Of a DNA stretch of 64,000 bases, positions 1 to 9,324 are shown piece by piece. This DNA is from an uncultured Alphaproteobacteria bacterium (GTDB lineage Bacteria > Pseudomonadota > Alphaproteobacteria > Rs-D84), in contig CAKQSE010000002.1 of the NCBI GenBank assembly GCA_934272785.1, positions 67,588-131,587 of the forward strand, in the 5' to 3' direction. Positions within the stretch are counted from its first letter, which is position 1. The number at the start of each line of letters is the position of its first letter. The position numbers were made by a program, and so were the translations under genes. The notes beneath the pieces are model-generated. The model did no database searches. It worked only from the letters and a program-made list of their open reading frames with translations, and was not told the origin of the DNA.

Positions 1-272
1 ACCCTGTCGGGGTCCCCGGCCAGTTTAATGTTTAAACAAACCTTTTCTGGGTGCAGTGGTCTGACCGGGCCATCGGCACGCAATCCAAATGGCACATATT
101 TGTATAATGTATTTTCCAGTGCAACCGCATCGCACGTTGGTTCGATGTATTACGGGGTCAAGAGCCTGTCTGACTATTCGTCCATCCCCAGCGCATGGAA
201 ATAGTGATATTTTCGTGTCATCCGGGCGGTTTTACTCGCCGGGGCGACACCGGCCCCGCCCAAGATTATTAT

Positions 273-299
273 AAATGCCCGCCTGAACGGCGGGCATTT
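273..299. terminator. GC-rich hairpin with AT-rich flanks (bidirectional intrinsic-terminator-like)
   Basis: aaatgcccgcc / tgaac / ggcgggcattt forms a perfect 11-bp stem. Confidence 0.45.
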
Positions 300-306
300 A
301 TAATAA

Positions 307-320
307 TGGGGCGGATAACC
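307..320 (-). repeat. 14-nt duplicate of the tRNA-His 3' end
   Basis: tggggcggataacc is identical to 491-504, the 3' acceptor/T-stem end of the minus-strand tRNA-His. Both copies directly follow an AT-rich tail of a terminator hairpin. Confidence 0.7.
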
Positions 321-456
321 TCAATTGCTTCGCGACCTTGCAAAATCCACCTTCGTTAAAACTACGGTGGGCCGGCGTGCTTCCGCCTTTTTGCGGCGGT
401 TCGAACGGCTTTACTCGCCGGTTCGAATCCGGTGAGATACGACCGGTTTAATAAAA

Positions 457-480
457 AACGCCAACCGTTTGGTTGACGTT
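457..480. terminator. Hairpin flanked by an A-run and a T-run (bidirectional terminator-like)
   Basis: aaaaaacgccaacc gttt ggttgacgtttttt. Confidence 0.45.
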
Positions 481-490
481 TTTTATTAAA

Positions 491-568
491 TGGGGCGGAT
501 AACCGGATTCGAACCGGCGACACCTGGTACCACAAACCAGTGCTCTAACCAACTGAGCTACATCCGCC
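491..568 (-). tRNA. tRNA-His (anticodon GTG) with encoded G-1 and CCA
   Basis: The reverse complement folds as G-GCGGATG/TA/GCTC-AGTTGGTTA-GAGC/A/CTGGT-TTGTGGT-ACCAG/GTGTC/GCCGG-TTCGAAT-CCGGT/TATCCGC-C-CCA. An extra 5' G sits opposite C73, which is typical of tRNA-His. Confidence 0.9.
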
Positions 569-572
569 ATAC

Positions 573-648
573 TGGTGGAGCTGATCGGACTCGAACCGAC
601 GACCCCTTGCATGCCATGCAAGTGCTCTACCAACTGAGCTACAACCCC
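573..648 (-). tRNA. tRNA-Ala (anticodon GGC)
   Basis: The reverse complement is GGGGTTGTAGCTCAGTTGGTAGAGCACTTGCATGGCATGCAAGGGGTCGTCGGTTCGAGTCCGATCAGCTCCACCA. It has the G3:U70 alanine identity pair, anticodon loop ATGGCAT and an encoded CCA. Confidence 0.9.
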
Positions 649-729
649 ATGCGAAGCCTTATTTTATATTTCTTCTTGCCAAATGTCAAATCAATTTGCT
701 AACCTTTTTACACAAGAAGGAGATTTAAT

Positions 730-1290
730 ATGGATTATCAAGCGTTAAAGGCAGAAGTTGAACAGAAAACCCAACAGACATTGGACGTGCTGTCGGGCGA
801 ATACGCGGGTTTGCGCACGGGCCGTGCGTCGGTGCACCTGTTGGATGGTGTGCGCGTGCCGGTATATGGTTCTGATATGCCACTGAACCAGGTGGCAACC
901 GTTGCAACCCCAGACAACCAGACGCTCAGCGTTACCGTGTGGGATATCAACAATGCGGGCGCGGTTGAAAAAGCAATTCGCGATTCGGGTTTGGGACTGA
1001 ATCCAAACACGGCGGGCGGCGTTATCCGTCTGAATTTGCCACCACTGACCGAAGAACGTCGTCGCGAATTGACCAAGGTCGCCGGCAAATACGCCGAAGA
1101 AGCCAAGATTTCTATGCGTAATATTCGCCAGGACGCGATGGGCAAAATCAAACGCGCCGTCACAGACAAGGAAATTTCCGAAGATGATCAGCACAAATTC
1201 GAAGATGATTTGCAAAAGGTGTTTGATATGCGTGCCGGCCAGGTTGACGCATTGGCCAAACAAAAGGAAGCGGACATTATGTCTGTCTAG
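730..1290 (+). CDS. frr: Ribosome recycling factor
   Basis: 186 aa. RRF-like sequence (YAGLRTGRASVHLLDGVRV, LNLPPLTEERRRELTK), in the conserved frr-uppS-cdsA order. Confidence 0.9.
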   Translation: MDYQALKAEVEQKTQQTLDVLSGEYAGLRTGRASVHLLDGVRVPVYGSDMPLNQVATVATPDNQTLSVTVWDINNAGAVEKAIRDSGLGLNPNTAGGVIRLNLPPLTEERRRELTKVAGKYAEEAKISMRNIRQDAMGKIKRAVTDKEISEDDQHKFEDDLQKVFDMRAGQVDALAKQKEADIMSV

Positions 1291-1365
1291 GTAACACATG
1301 ACGGGGGATCGTTATCACAACGCAAAGGTCTAAATCATTACAACAATAAAATATCGGATAGAAAA

Positions 1366-2124
1366 ATGTTTAAATTCCTGAAAAAGAAAACCGCACCAGT
1401 CACAGAAACCGTCAAAATTCCCCAACATATCGCATTTATTTGCGATGGCAATCGCCGTTGGGCCGAACAACGCGGATTGCCGCCATTGATGGGACACAAG
1501 GCCGGTATTTCAAATTTTGAAAACCTGGTTGATTGGTATATCGCGCGTGGCGTGTCAACTGTTACGTTCTTTCTGTTTTCAACCGAAAACTGGAACAGAA
1601 CCAAGGAAGAAGTCGATTTCTTGATGGATTTGTTCTATACCGAATTGCACAAAAATATGAAACATGCGTTGGAAAAGAACCTGCGCTATCGTGTGATTGG
1701 GTCGCGCGATCGCCTGCCGAAACGGTTGGCAAATATGTGCGATAAACTGGAACAGGCGTCGGCCGAAAACACCGGCGGAACGGTTGTGTTTGCACTGAAT
1801 TACGGTGGCCAGGACGAAATCGTTGCCGCGGTCAATGCTGCAATTGAAAACGGCGAACCGGTTACGCGCGAAACATTTGAAACGTTCCTGGACACGGGCG
1901 AATTGTTGCCGATTGATTTGATGGTCCGCACCAGCAATGAATTCAGAATTTCTAATTTCTTGTTATGGAAATTGGCATATGCCGAATTGATGTTCGTCCC
2001 AGAACACTGGCCTGATTTGGTCAAGGACGAAAAAATGTGGCAACGCACATTGGACGAATACACGCACCGCAACCGCAGATTTGGTGGCGGGAAAAAGGCG
2101 AACTATTCAGGCAAGAATAAATAA
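1366..2124 (+). CDS. uppS: Undecaprenyl diphosphate synthase
   Basis: 252 aa. Contains HIAFICDGNRRWA and FSTENWNR motifs, plus RISNFLLWKLAYAEL. Confidence 0.9.
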   Translation: MFKFLKKKTAPVTETVKIPQHIAFICDGNRRWAEQRGLPPLMGHKAGISNFENLVDWYIARGVSTVTFFLFSTENWNRTKEEVDFLMDLFYTELHKNMKHALEKNLRYRVIGSRDRLPKRLANMCDKLEQASAENTGGTVVFALNYGGQDEIVAAVNAAIENGEPVTRETFETFLDTGELLPIDLMVRTSNEFRISNFLLWKLAYAELMFVPEHWPDLVKDEKMWQRTLDEYTHRNRRFGGGKKANYSGKNK

Positions 2125-2154
2125 GTAACACAAAAAAAACTTAGGGATGCACGT

Positions 2155-2805
2155 ATGTCAAACACAACACAAAGAATCATTGTTGGTGGCGTAATGGCAT
2201 TGGTTGCCATTGCCGCCGCGGCTGGTGAATATTTCGGATTCCATACCGTTCGGTATTTGGCAATCTTGGTCGCATTGGGCATGATTGTTGAAATGATTTT
2301 GGCAACCATCCGCACCCCGCACGACCAGTTGATACAGAATAAAAACTGGCTGGTGTGTGGCGGATTTTTGGTATGGCTGTTCGTTGTGTTGGCGGCGGCC
2401 AGTTCGGTTGGCACACGCCCGTGGATTATGCTGTTATTGCTGCTGATTATCAGTGGGGCCGACATTGGTGCATGGTTCTTTGGCCGGTTATTCGGCGGGG
2501 ACAAAATGTGGGAACGCCTGTCTGAACACAAAACCTGGGCGGGCCAGATTGCCGGTATTTTATGTGGGACATTTATGTCGGTTATGTATGGTTTGCTGGG
2601 GACAGATATGTTTATGCCGCAACTGATGTGGATTGGTATCAGTGTTGCATTGCTCAGCCAATATGGTGACCTGACCGCCAGTTGGGTAAAACGTCGTCTG
2701 GGAATAAAAGATTTTGGTCATATCTTGCCAGGGCACGGCGGAATTCTGGACCGATTTGATGGATGGATTTATGCGCTGGTTTTGGTGTGGTTGGTTACAA
2801 TGTAA
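2155..2805 (+). CDS. cdsA: Phosphatidate cytidylyltransferase
   Basis: 216 aa polytopic membrane protein. C-terminal signature SWVKRRLGIKDFGHILPGHGGILDRFDG. Confidence 0.85.
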   Translation: MSNTTQRIIVGGVMALVAIAAAAGEYFGFHTVRYLAILVALGMIVEMILATIRTPHDQLIQNKNWLVCGGFLVWLFVVLAAASSVGTRPWIMLLLLLIISGADIGAWFFGRLFGGDKMWERLSEHKTWAGQIAGILCGTFMSVMYGLLGTDMFMPQLMWIGISVALLSQYGDLTASWVKRRLGIKDFGHILPGHGGILDRFDGWIYALVLVWLVTM

Positions 2806-2826
2806 GGGACACTGGGGGTCGTTGGT

Positions 2827-3885
2827 ATGCATATTATTTTAGCCGTTATTGCATTGTTGGTTGTGCTGGGCGTGGTGGTGTTTATCCACGAACTGGGGCA
2901 CTTTTTCGCGGCGCGCTGGGCGGGTGTTCGTGTGGATAAATTCTCAATCGGATTTGGTCCGGCAATTATCAAGTGGCACGATCGCCACGGGACCCAGTGG
3001 CAGATTGCATGCCTGCCCCTGGGGGGATATGTTTCCATCTATGGCCAGGATATGATGTTTAACCGCGGGGAATACGCGAAACTGGACGCCGAGAAAAAGC
3101 GCGGACATTACCTGTCGGCACCGGCGTGGAAACAGTTTATTATTGTTGCCGCGGGCGTTACGATGAATTTCATACTGGCGTGGTTGATTTATTCGGGTAT
3201 GTTTATGGCACGTCCGAAAAATGTTCAGTTACCCGTCGTTGGCCAGGTTATCCAAGAATCTGTTGCATTTGACGCCGGCGTTAAACCGGGCGATGTCATT
3301 ATGCGCATTGATGGCGAAAAAATCACCAACTGGGGCGAATTGATTATTGCCAAAGAATTGGCATCAAACCGCACGGCAAATGTCGTGATTTTGCGCGATA
3401 CGGAACTGGTGAACGTTGAATTGACGCCCGCCGAACGTTGGGGACTGGTTGCCGACGGCAGCAAGACCGAATTGCGCAAGAAAGGATTCTTTGGCGCAAT
3501 GTTGGCCGGGGCGCGTGAAACGTATTACCAATCAAAAACATTGCTGGTCGTGCTGAAACAGATTGTGACCGGTGAACGTTCATCGAAACAGTTGGGCTCG
3601 TTTATCACCATTGCCCAGGTATCTGGCCAGGCATTAGAGGCAGGAATCTTTGCCCTGTTGTCTATTATTGCCTTGCTGTCGGTGAATTTGGCTGTTATAA
3701 ACCTGTTACCGTTGCCGGTGTTGGACGGTGGTTACCTGATGATATTGATTATCGAAGGGATAACCCGTCGCAAATTGGGCGGGCGCGGGATGGAAATTGC
3801 AATCATTATCGGTTGGATTTTGATATTCGGTTTATTTGCGTTGACCATGTGGAATGATTTGGCACGCGTATTTGGGTTGAACTAG
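2827..3885 (+). CDS. rseP: RIP zinc metalloprotease (RseP family)
   Basis: 352 aa with an HELGH zinc motif in TM1, a PDZ-like middle part and LNLLPLPVLDGG near the C-terminus. Confidence 0.85.
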   Translation: MHIILAVIALLVVLGVVVFIHELGHFFAARWAGVRVDKFSIGFGPAIIKWHDRHGTQWQIACLPLGGYVSIYGQDMMFNRGEYAKLDAEKKRGHYLSAPAWKQFIIVAAGVTMNFILAWLIYSGMFMARPKNVQLPVVGQVIQESVAFDAGVKPGDVIMRIDGEKITNWGELIIAKELASNRTANVVILRDTELVNVELTPAERWGLVADGSKTELRKKGFFGAMLAGARETYYQSKTLLVVLKQIVTGERSSKQLGSFITIAQVSGQALEAGIFALLSIIALLSVNLAVINLLPLPVLDGGYLMILIIEGITRRKLGGRGMEIAIIIGWILIFGLFALTMWNDLARVFGLN

Positions 3886-3887
3886 GG

Positions 3888-6158
3888 ATGAGCAAGAAAA
3901 AACTTTTTATCGCAACAGTCTGTGCAATCGCCACCACTGGCGCGACCGCGGCAACGGTTTCGCGCATTGATGTTACCGGCGCGCGACGCATGGACAGTGA
4001 ATCTATCCGTATTCTGTCGGACGTGAAAATCGGCGACAACGTGGGCGAGGCACGCGCCAACGAAATCGCCAAGAAATTACAAGAAAGCGGATATTTTTCG
4101 CGTATCAACGTCCGCATGTCTGGGAACGTGTTAAAAATTGACGTGACCGAGGCACCGACCGTCAACATGGTCACGGTCGAAGGCAACGATGAAATTTCCA
4201 CCGACGATTTAAAGAAAGAAATCCGCCTGAAGGAACGCGCATCATACGATGAATCCGTCATCGGTGCCGATACGCAGCGGATGCTGACCATATACCAGCG
4301 CAAGGGTTTCTTTGGCACCAAGATTGAACCCAAGAAAATCGAACTGGACGACAACCGCGTAAATGTTGTCTATGAAATTACCGAAGGTCACCCGACATAC
4401 ATCACCGACATTGAATTTGCCGGAAACAAACATTTCCGTTCCAGCGTATTGCGCGGCGCAATTCTGTCGCGCGAACACGCGTGGTGGCGTTTTATGACGC
4501 AGTTTGATGTCTTTGACGAAGACCGTATCCAATATGACCAGCAATTATTGCGTCAGTATTACCTGCGCAATGGTTATGCCGATGTCCAGATAACCGACAC
4601 CACCGGCATATTCACACCTGACCGGCAATACTATTCTGTCAAATTCACGATTGACGAAGGGGAAAAATATAAATTCGGCAAACTGAGTGTGGACAATCCG
4701 TTCGACGATGTCCCAGACAGCGAACTGATGGACGCGATGAAAATGTCGCGTGGTGATACCTATAACGTGGACAAGGTAGAAGAAACGATTTCTGCCCTGC
4801 GCGGGGTTGTTGCCGATCGTGGATATGCGTTTATCAATGTTGAACCAATTCCGACCAAGGATGATGAAAATCGCACAATTGGTATGACGTTCAAGATTCA
4901 CAAAACCAATCGTGTTTATTTGAATTCTATCAATATCCTGGGCAATGTTCGCACGTTTGACACGGTGATTCAGCAACTGATTCCGATGCGTCCGGGCGAT
5001 CCTTTTTCCCTGCAAACAATTGAACAGGGTCGTCAGAATTTGATGCGCACCCGCTATTTCAAAGATGTCCAGATGGTTCCGACCCGCGTCGCGGATGCGA
5101 ATATGATGAATTTGGATATCAAGGTCGAAGAACAGCCGACCGGCGAATTATCCGGCGGTTTTGGGTGGTCAAACATCAACGGGTTTATGGTTGATGCCGG
5201 CATTACCGAGAGTAATTTTATGGGCCGTGGCCAAACGGTGCAATTGCGCGGTTCCATTGCGCAATACCAGAAACAGGCATTGTTCAGTTTTACCGAACCA
5301 TATCTGTTTGGGCGCGCGCTGTCTGGTGGATTTGATGTGTCATACACAATGTATAACTATTCATCACTGGGCGGGTTTGGATATGACCGCGATTCATTGA
5401 CACTGGCGACGCGTATGGGATGGCGTTTGACCGATAACTGGACCCAGAGTGTGCGCCTGTCCGCGTCATTTGACCAGAACTATGACCTGCAACTGGGCAG
5501 CAAGTGGCGTAATTCCAACCTGTACACATTGGGAACATATTTAAAGTATTATAACCTGGACACCAATTTCCAACAGAACACGCACACCGGCGTTGTGGCG
5601 AATTTAGGCCTGGCGTATACCGGGTTTGGTGGCACCGAAACATTTATGCGTTACAGTGCGGACATAACCGGTATGGTAAAATTCCTGAATGACCGGTGGC
5701 AGTTGCGTTCGTCGCTGGATTTCGGTTATATCCAGCCGCTGGATGGTGACTATGTGTCCCGTGTGTATCGTTATTTCTTGGGCGGGGAATCACTGCGTGG
5801 GTTTGATATTGCCGGCGTCGGCAGTCGTAACTGGTATTACCAATCATACTCATTGGGTGGCATGTGGAAATTGAACGGATCAACCCAGTTGAATTTCCCG
5901 GTATTTATCCCCGACGAATACCAGATAAAGGGATTTGTGTTCGCAGATTACGGTCTGTTGGGCAAGCCACCACGTGACGAATACACGTATCTGGGGCGCG
6001 ACAATTACATCGACAGTGACCTGCGTACATCGGTCGGTTTTGGTATTTATTGGAACACCCCAATGGGCCCGATGAATTTCAGCTGGGGCTGGCCGTTAAA
6101 ACTGAACAAATATGACCAAGAACAACGTTTCTTGCTATCATTTGAAACACAATTTTAG
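3888..6158 (+). CDS. bamA: Outer membrane protein assembly factor BamA
   Basis: 756 aa with a signal peptide, POTRA-like repeats, a C-terminal beta-barrel and a terminal F. It follows rseP, as is usual. Confidence 0.9.
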   Translation: MSKKKLFIATVCAIATTGATAATVSRIDVTGARRMDSESIRILSDVKIGDNVGEARANEIAKKLQESGYFSRINVRMSGNVLKIDVTEAPTVNMVTVEGNDEISTDDLKKEIRLKERASYDESVIGADTQRMLTIYQRKGFFGTKIEPKKIELDDNRVNVVYEITEGHPTYITDIEFAGNKHFRSSVLRGAILSREHAWWRFMTQFDVFDEDRIQYDQQLLRQYYLRNGYADVQITDTTGIFTPDRQYYSVKFTIDEGEKYKFGKLSVDNPFDDVPDSELMDAMKMSRGDTYNVDKVEETISALRGVVADRGYAFINVEPIPTKDDENRTIGMTFKIHKTNRVYLNSINILGNVRTFDTVIQQLIPMRPGDPFSLQTIEQGRQNLMRTRYFKDVQMVPTRVADANMMNLDIKVEEQPTGELSGGFGWSNINGFMVDAGITESNFMGRGQTVQLRGSIAQYQKQALFSFTEPYLFGRALSGGFDVSYTMYNYSSLGGFGYDRDSLTLATRMGWRLTDNWTQSVRLSASFDQNYDLQLGSKWRNSNLYTLGTYLKYYNLDTNFQQNTHTGVVANLGLAYTGFGGTETFMRYSADITGMVKFLNDRWQLRSSLDFGYIQPLDGDYVSRVYRYFLGGESLRGFDIAGVGSRNWYYQSYSLGGMWKLNGSTQLNFPVFIPDEYQIKGFVFADYGLLGKPPRDEYTYLGRDNYIDSDLRTSVGFGIYWNTPMGPMNFSWGWPLKLNKYDQEQRFLLSFETQF

Positions 6159-6161
6159 TAA

Positions 6162-6186
6162 ATGCCCCGTTTCGGGGCGTTTTTAT
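6162..6186 (+). terminator. Intrinsic terminator after bamA
   Basis: gccccg-tttc-ggggc followed by gttttta. Confidence 0.7.
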
Positions 6187-6194
6187 TTATCCGA

Positions 6195-6223
6195 TTGATT
6201 TTTTGTGCATTTTGTGATATAAT
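6195..6223 (+). promoter_or_regulatory. Near-consensus sigma70-type promoter
   Basis: TTGATT, 17 nt, TATAAT, with TG at the extended -10 position (tgTGaTATAAT). Confidence 0.6.
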
Positions 6224-6242
6224 ATGGTCAATTACCGATGCG

Positions 6243-6263
6243 GACCGCACCGGTCTTTTTTTT
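6243..6263 (+). terminator. Promoter-proximal intrinsic terminator in the leader of the tail-fibre-like gene
   Basis: GACCG-cac-CGGTC followed by T8. It lies about 20 nt downstream of the -10 and about 25 nt upstream of the ATG at 6288. Confidence 0.55.
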
Positions 6264-6287
6264 ACTTTTTTAATCAAAGGATAAAAT

Positions 6288-6800
6288 ATGTCACGACAAA
6301 TTCAGTTTCGGCGTGGGACCGCCGACCAGCATAAAAACTTTACCGGGGCCGATGGCGAGATTACCGTTGATACCACCAACAAAACCCTGCGCGTGCACGA
6401 CGGCGTGACCGCCGGCGGCACAATGCTGGCACGCGCAGATGCGTCCGTCGCCGCGGACTATATCACCGCATGGCAATCACCCACCGCAGACAACGGTTAT
6501 ACCTGGTATCGCAAATACAAAAGCGGCTGGGTTGAACAAGGGGGAATTCATAGTGTTGGGAAATTAAACGATGGCGCGGCGACATCTGGCACAATTGCGC
6601 CACACATACAGATGGCAGACAGCGCGTATTATGTCAACCTGATTCCAACCAGTCCAACCAATTATAATCGTCTGTTTGCAAACCTGGGACCACGTACCAA
6701 AAATGAATTTTATTTCGGTGTTCGTAATATTGGTGGCACCACATCAGATATTTCTGTATGTTGGCGTGTATCTGGATTTACTGCAACCCCAGGTTCATAG
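6288..6800 (+). CDS. Orphan phage tail-fibre / receptor-binding-like protein
   Basis: 170 aa. The N-terminus IQFRRGTADQHKNFTGADGEITVDTTNKTLRVHDGVTAGG matches the conserved tail-fibre/hyaluronidase N-terminal motif. The motif YTWYRKYKSGWVEQGG resembles tail-fibre tip domains. SD aaagga lies upstream. Confidence 0.6.
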   Translation: MSRQIQFRRGTADQHKNFTGADGEITVDTTNKTLRVHDGVTAGGTMLARADASVAADYITAWQSPTADNGYTWYRKYKSGWVEQGGIHSVGKLNDGAATSGTIAPHIQMADSAYYVNLIPTSPTNYNRLFANLGPRTKNEFYFGVRNIGGTTSDISVCWRVSGFTATPGS

Positions 6801-8220
6801 CAATAGCGGGATATTCATTGATTACATTGGCAATGGCGGTGTTATTTGGATTTGTTGTCGCGCTGTTTATCGTGTTCCATAAACCAACCGATTGAACCGC
6901 AGTGACCGTCCGTTCATGCAGGTTATATCCAAAACGTGTAACCGATATTTTTCGTTTATTTAACACGGCCATTGCCCAAAACCAAACATCATCTTGATTT
7001 GGACACAGTTTCATAAACTTTTGATTATTTAATACATCTGGATGTAATGATTTTGGCGGATAGAGAACTCCACCAACGCCACAGAAAAAGTTTTTATATC
7101 CATGCCGTCGCGGCATCAGGCGTTTTTCCGACAACTGCCACTCTGGATAGGGTGCGATTGAACTATCTTCTATTTTTATTGTTCTTATACGATTCGCACA
7201 TACATCTTTTGGGTGCCGCGCATGACAACGCAATAACTGCGACAGCATATTTTTCGGATACATAATATCGTCATCAACTGTGATGATATTCGCGTGTGAG
7301 AAATCTGCCAACGCATGAACTAATTTATTATATGATTTGAAATTTTCAGAAACAAACCTAATCTCAAATACAGAATTTTTTGTCAGGGCGTCCAACTGTG
7401 GTGGCACGATACGATTTGGGAATTCAACCAACGATAAATACAAAACTATTTTGTCTGGTTTAACCGACTGGTTCAATAATGAATTTATAACATTATGCAC
7501 CTGGTGAATTCGTGCCGGAAATGTTGTAAGCGATATAATATTTTGTTGTTTTGGGACAACATGCACGCAATGTTTAATTATCTTTGACATAGTTTTTATA
7601 TAATATTCTGGCGAAGTATTACTAACCTCTTTATATAAATTACAATTAGAAACCCATGTAACATCATCGGCAACGCGTTTGTATACTGGCGATGAATTTC
7701 GTGGCAAAGTATTATTATGCCCGTCAACAACCAACAGCGAGATATTTGCAGGAAATTTTTTGTTTAATTCCGCAACTTTATTTATTATTGTTTCCCTATC
7801 CCCACCCAGTGGAAACAGACTGCTTGAATAAACAAGCAAGATTTTCTTTTTCTGTTCTGACAAAACATCAAGAAATCGTTTTATACGACGATTATATTTT
7901 TCTGCGACCCATTCAAATTTCGCATCAAAATCATCCTGGTAGGCATCAAATTCATGACGAAATTGTAAATTAGTGCGCGTATTTACGTATAGATATTTTC
8001 CGTCTTCTGACATCTGAATAAAATCAGATTTACAAAAGAAATCCTTAAAATTGTTCAAAATCAAATTTATCCTGTCAACCAATCCACCACCAGCACCATG
8101 ATTTGATATGTCGCACCAGTCAAACGGCGATGAAAAATTACGTACCCCAAGATATATTAGTGATTGCGCAATAAAACATTTTTCACCAATTGAAATAATT
8201 TCATCGTATCTGCACTTCAT
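6778..8220 (-). CDS. Fusion protein: DUF1796-like N-terminal domain plus glycosyltransferase-like C-terminal domain
   Basis: 480 aa. The N-terminus (ISIGEKCFIAQSL...SSPFDWC) resembles DUF1796. The C-terminal half has SLTTFPARI...KPDKIVLYLS...ITVDDDIMYP, a DxD-type GT motif. The DNA is strongly AT-rich. Confidence 0.55.
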   Translation of the reverse strand: MKCRYDEIISIGEKCFIAQSLIYLGVRNFSSPFDWCDISNHGAGGGLVDRINLILNNFKDFFCKSDFIQMSEDGKYLYVNTRTNLQFRHEFDAYQDDFDAKFEWVAEKYNRRIKRFLDVLSEQKKKILLVYSSSLFPLGGDRETIINKVAELNKKFPANISLLVVDGHNNTLPRNSSPVYKRVADDVTWVSNCNLYKEVSNTSPEYYIKTMSKIIKHCVHVVPKQQNIISLTTFPARIHQVHNVINSLLNQSVKPDKIVLYLSLVEFPNRIVPPQLDALTKNSVFEIRFVSENFKSYNKLVHALADFSHANIITVDDDIMYPKNMLSQLLRCHARHPKDVCANRIRTIKIEDSSIAPYPEWQLSEKRLMPRRHGYKNFFCGVGGVLYPPKSLHPDVLNNQKFMKLCPNQDDVWFWAMAVLNKRKISVTRFGYNLHERTVTAVQSVGLWNTINSATTNPNNTAIANVINEYPAIAMNLGLQ

Positions 8221-8224
8221 TGCA

Positions 8225-9322
8225 CTAACCTCTTATTTTTAATAGCAAAACATAGTTAAATAAAAATAACTTGTTCGTTTTAGTCAATCTGGCCAATGGA
8301 ATAAAATCAAACAGTTTTACATCTGTGTAATTTTTCAATTTTCTAATCAAAACAACAGGTAAAAATCCAAATAGATAAAGGTGCTTTTTGCGCATAACTA
8401 TAAAGTTATCATAATCATTATTATGAATAAACTTATACCCATCATGACCAAATCTGGCCACCAGTTGTTTTCGCAAACCGTATCTGCGGTGAATATCAAC
8501 TACAAAATCAAAAAATTTTTTTCTGTCACCGTCTGATTCAAAATCTTTTCGTATCTCGTATGCAACATGCGATAAAACGTGTGCATCAACAAATTGTTCA
8601 AAATCTTTGCGCGTCAGCGATGCTTTTTCTATTAAATTCATATTTATGCAAAACGCATTGAATTTTGATTCCGCCTTGTAATGTTGCAAATATTGCGAAT
8701 CCAGCGAACCAGGACACTGATAAAAATAGTGATAATATGTATTGTAAACCAAATAGAACTGTTTAACAGCCAAACCTACCATTGTTAGGAATACACTATC
8801 TTGGGCCGTGCGGATATTCGCCGGGAACATTATGTTATTTTGTTCCAGGAATTTTTTACTGTATATCGCGGACCAAAACGAATTTGAAAACGCCGTCACA
8901 TGTTGAGATATAGCATTTTTTTGTGTATCACCATAGGTAACAGTGCCCAGATTATCTGTTACACACACGTTTCCTTTGACAACATCTGAACGGCTGGCAA
9001 TTCCCGCCGTATATAACCGCCCGTAAAAATCCAGATCTACATAATCATCGGGGTCAACAAAGCCAATATATTCGCCCTGTGCAATTTTCATACCATTATT
9101 TCGCGCCACCGCGACACCCATATTTACATCATGCGCAATCAGGCGCACACGCCCGTCACGGTTGGCATATTGCTTGATGATATCCAGTGTTCCATCCGTA
9201 GACTTATCATCAATGCATATAATTTCTATGTCCTGTAATGTCTGGGATATCAAACTGTCCAAACAACGCGTAACATATTTTTCAACATTATAGCACGGAA
9301 CAATAACTGATATTTTTGGCAC
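8225..9322 (-). CDS. Family 2 glycosyltransferase
   Basis: 365 aa with ISVIVPCYNVEKY...DDKSTDGT...FVDPDD. GTG start. AT-rich. Confidence 0.8.
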   Translation of the reverse strand: MPKISVIVPCYNVEKYVTRCLDSLISQTLQDIEIICIDDKSTDGTLDIIKQYANRDGRVRLIAHDVNMGVAVARNNGMKIAQGEYIGFVDPDDYVDLDFYGRLYTAGIASRSDVVKGNVCVTDNLGTVTYGDTQKNAISQHVTAFSNSFWSAIYSKKFLEQNNIMFPANIRTAQDSVFLTMVGLAVKQFYLVYNTYYHYFYQCPGSLDSQYLQHYKAESKFNAFCINMNLIEKASLTRKDFEQFVDAHVLSHVAYEIRKDFESDGDRKKFFDFVVDIHRRYGLRKQLVARFGHDGYKFIHNNDYDNFIVMRKKHLYLFGFLPVVLIRKLKNYTDVKLFDFIPLARLTKTNKLFLFNYVLLLKIRG

Positions 9323-9324
9323 TC

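Noticed and set aside
1-300. Possible structured RNA gene (tmRNA piece, RNase P, SRP or 6S) in the ORF-poor first 300 nt. It has GC-rich stems such as gggcgg...ccgccc and a ggttcga T-loop-like motif.
   Set aside because: I could not find a tRNA-like acceptor end with G3:U70 and CCA, a tag reading frame, or the conserved RNase P or SRP motifs. It is more likely repeat or tRNA-fragment debris. An Infernal/Rfam scan is needed.
745-1299. Long antisense ORFs inside well-supported genes, for example 745-1299 (minus), 12341-12982 (plus), 14767-15348 (plus), 36792-37391 (plus), 46889-47950 (plus), 50941-51504 (minus) and 53936-54457 (plus).
   Set aside because: They are shadow ORFs opposite genes with clear family motifs, and none has independent support.
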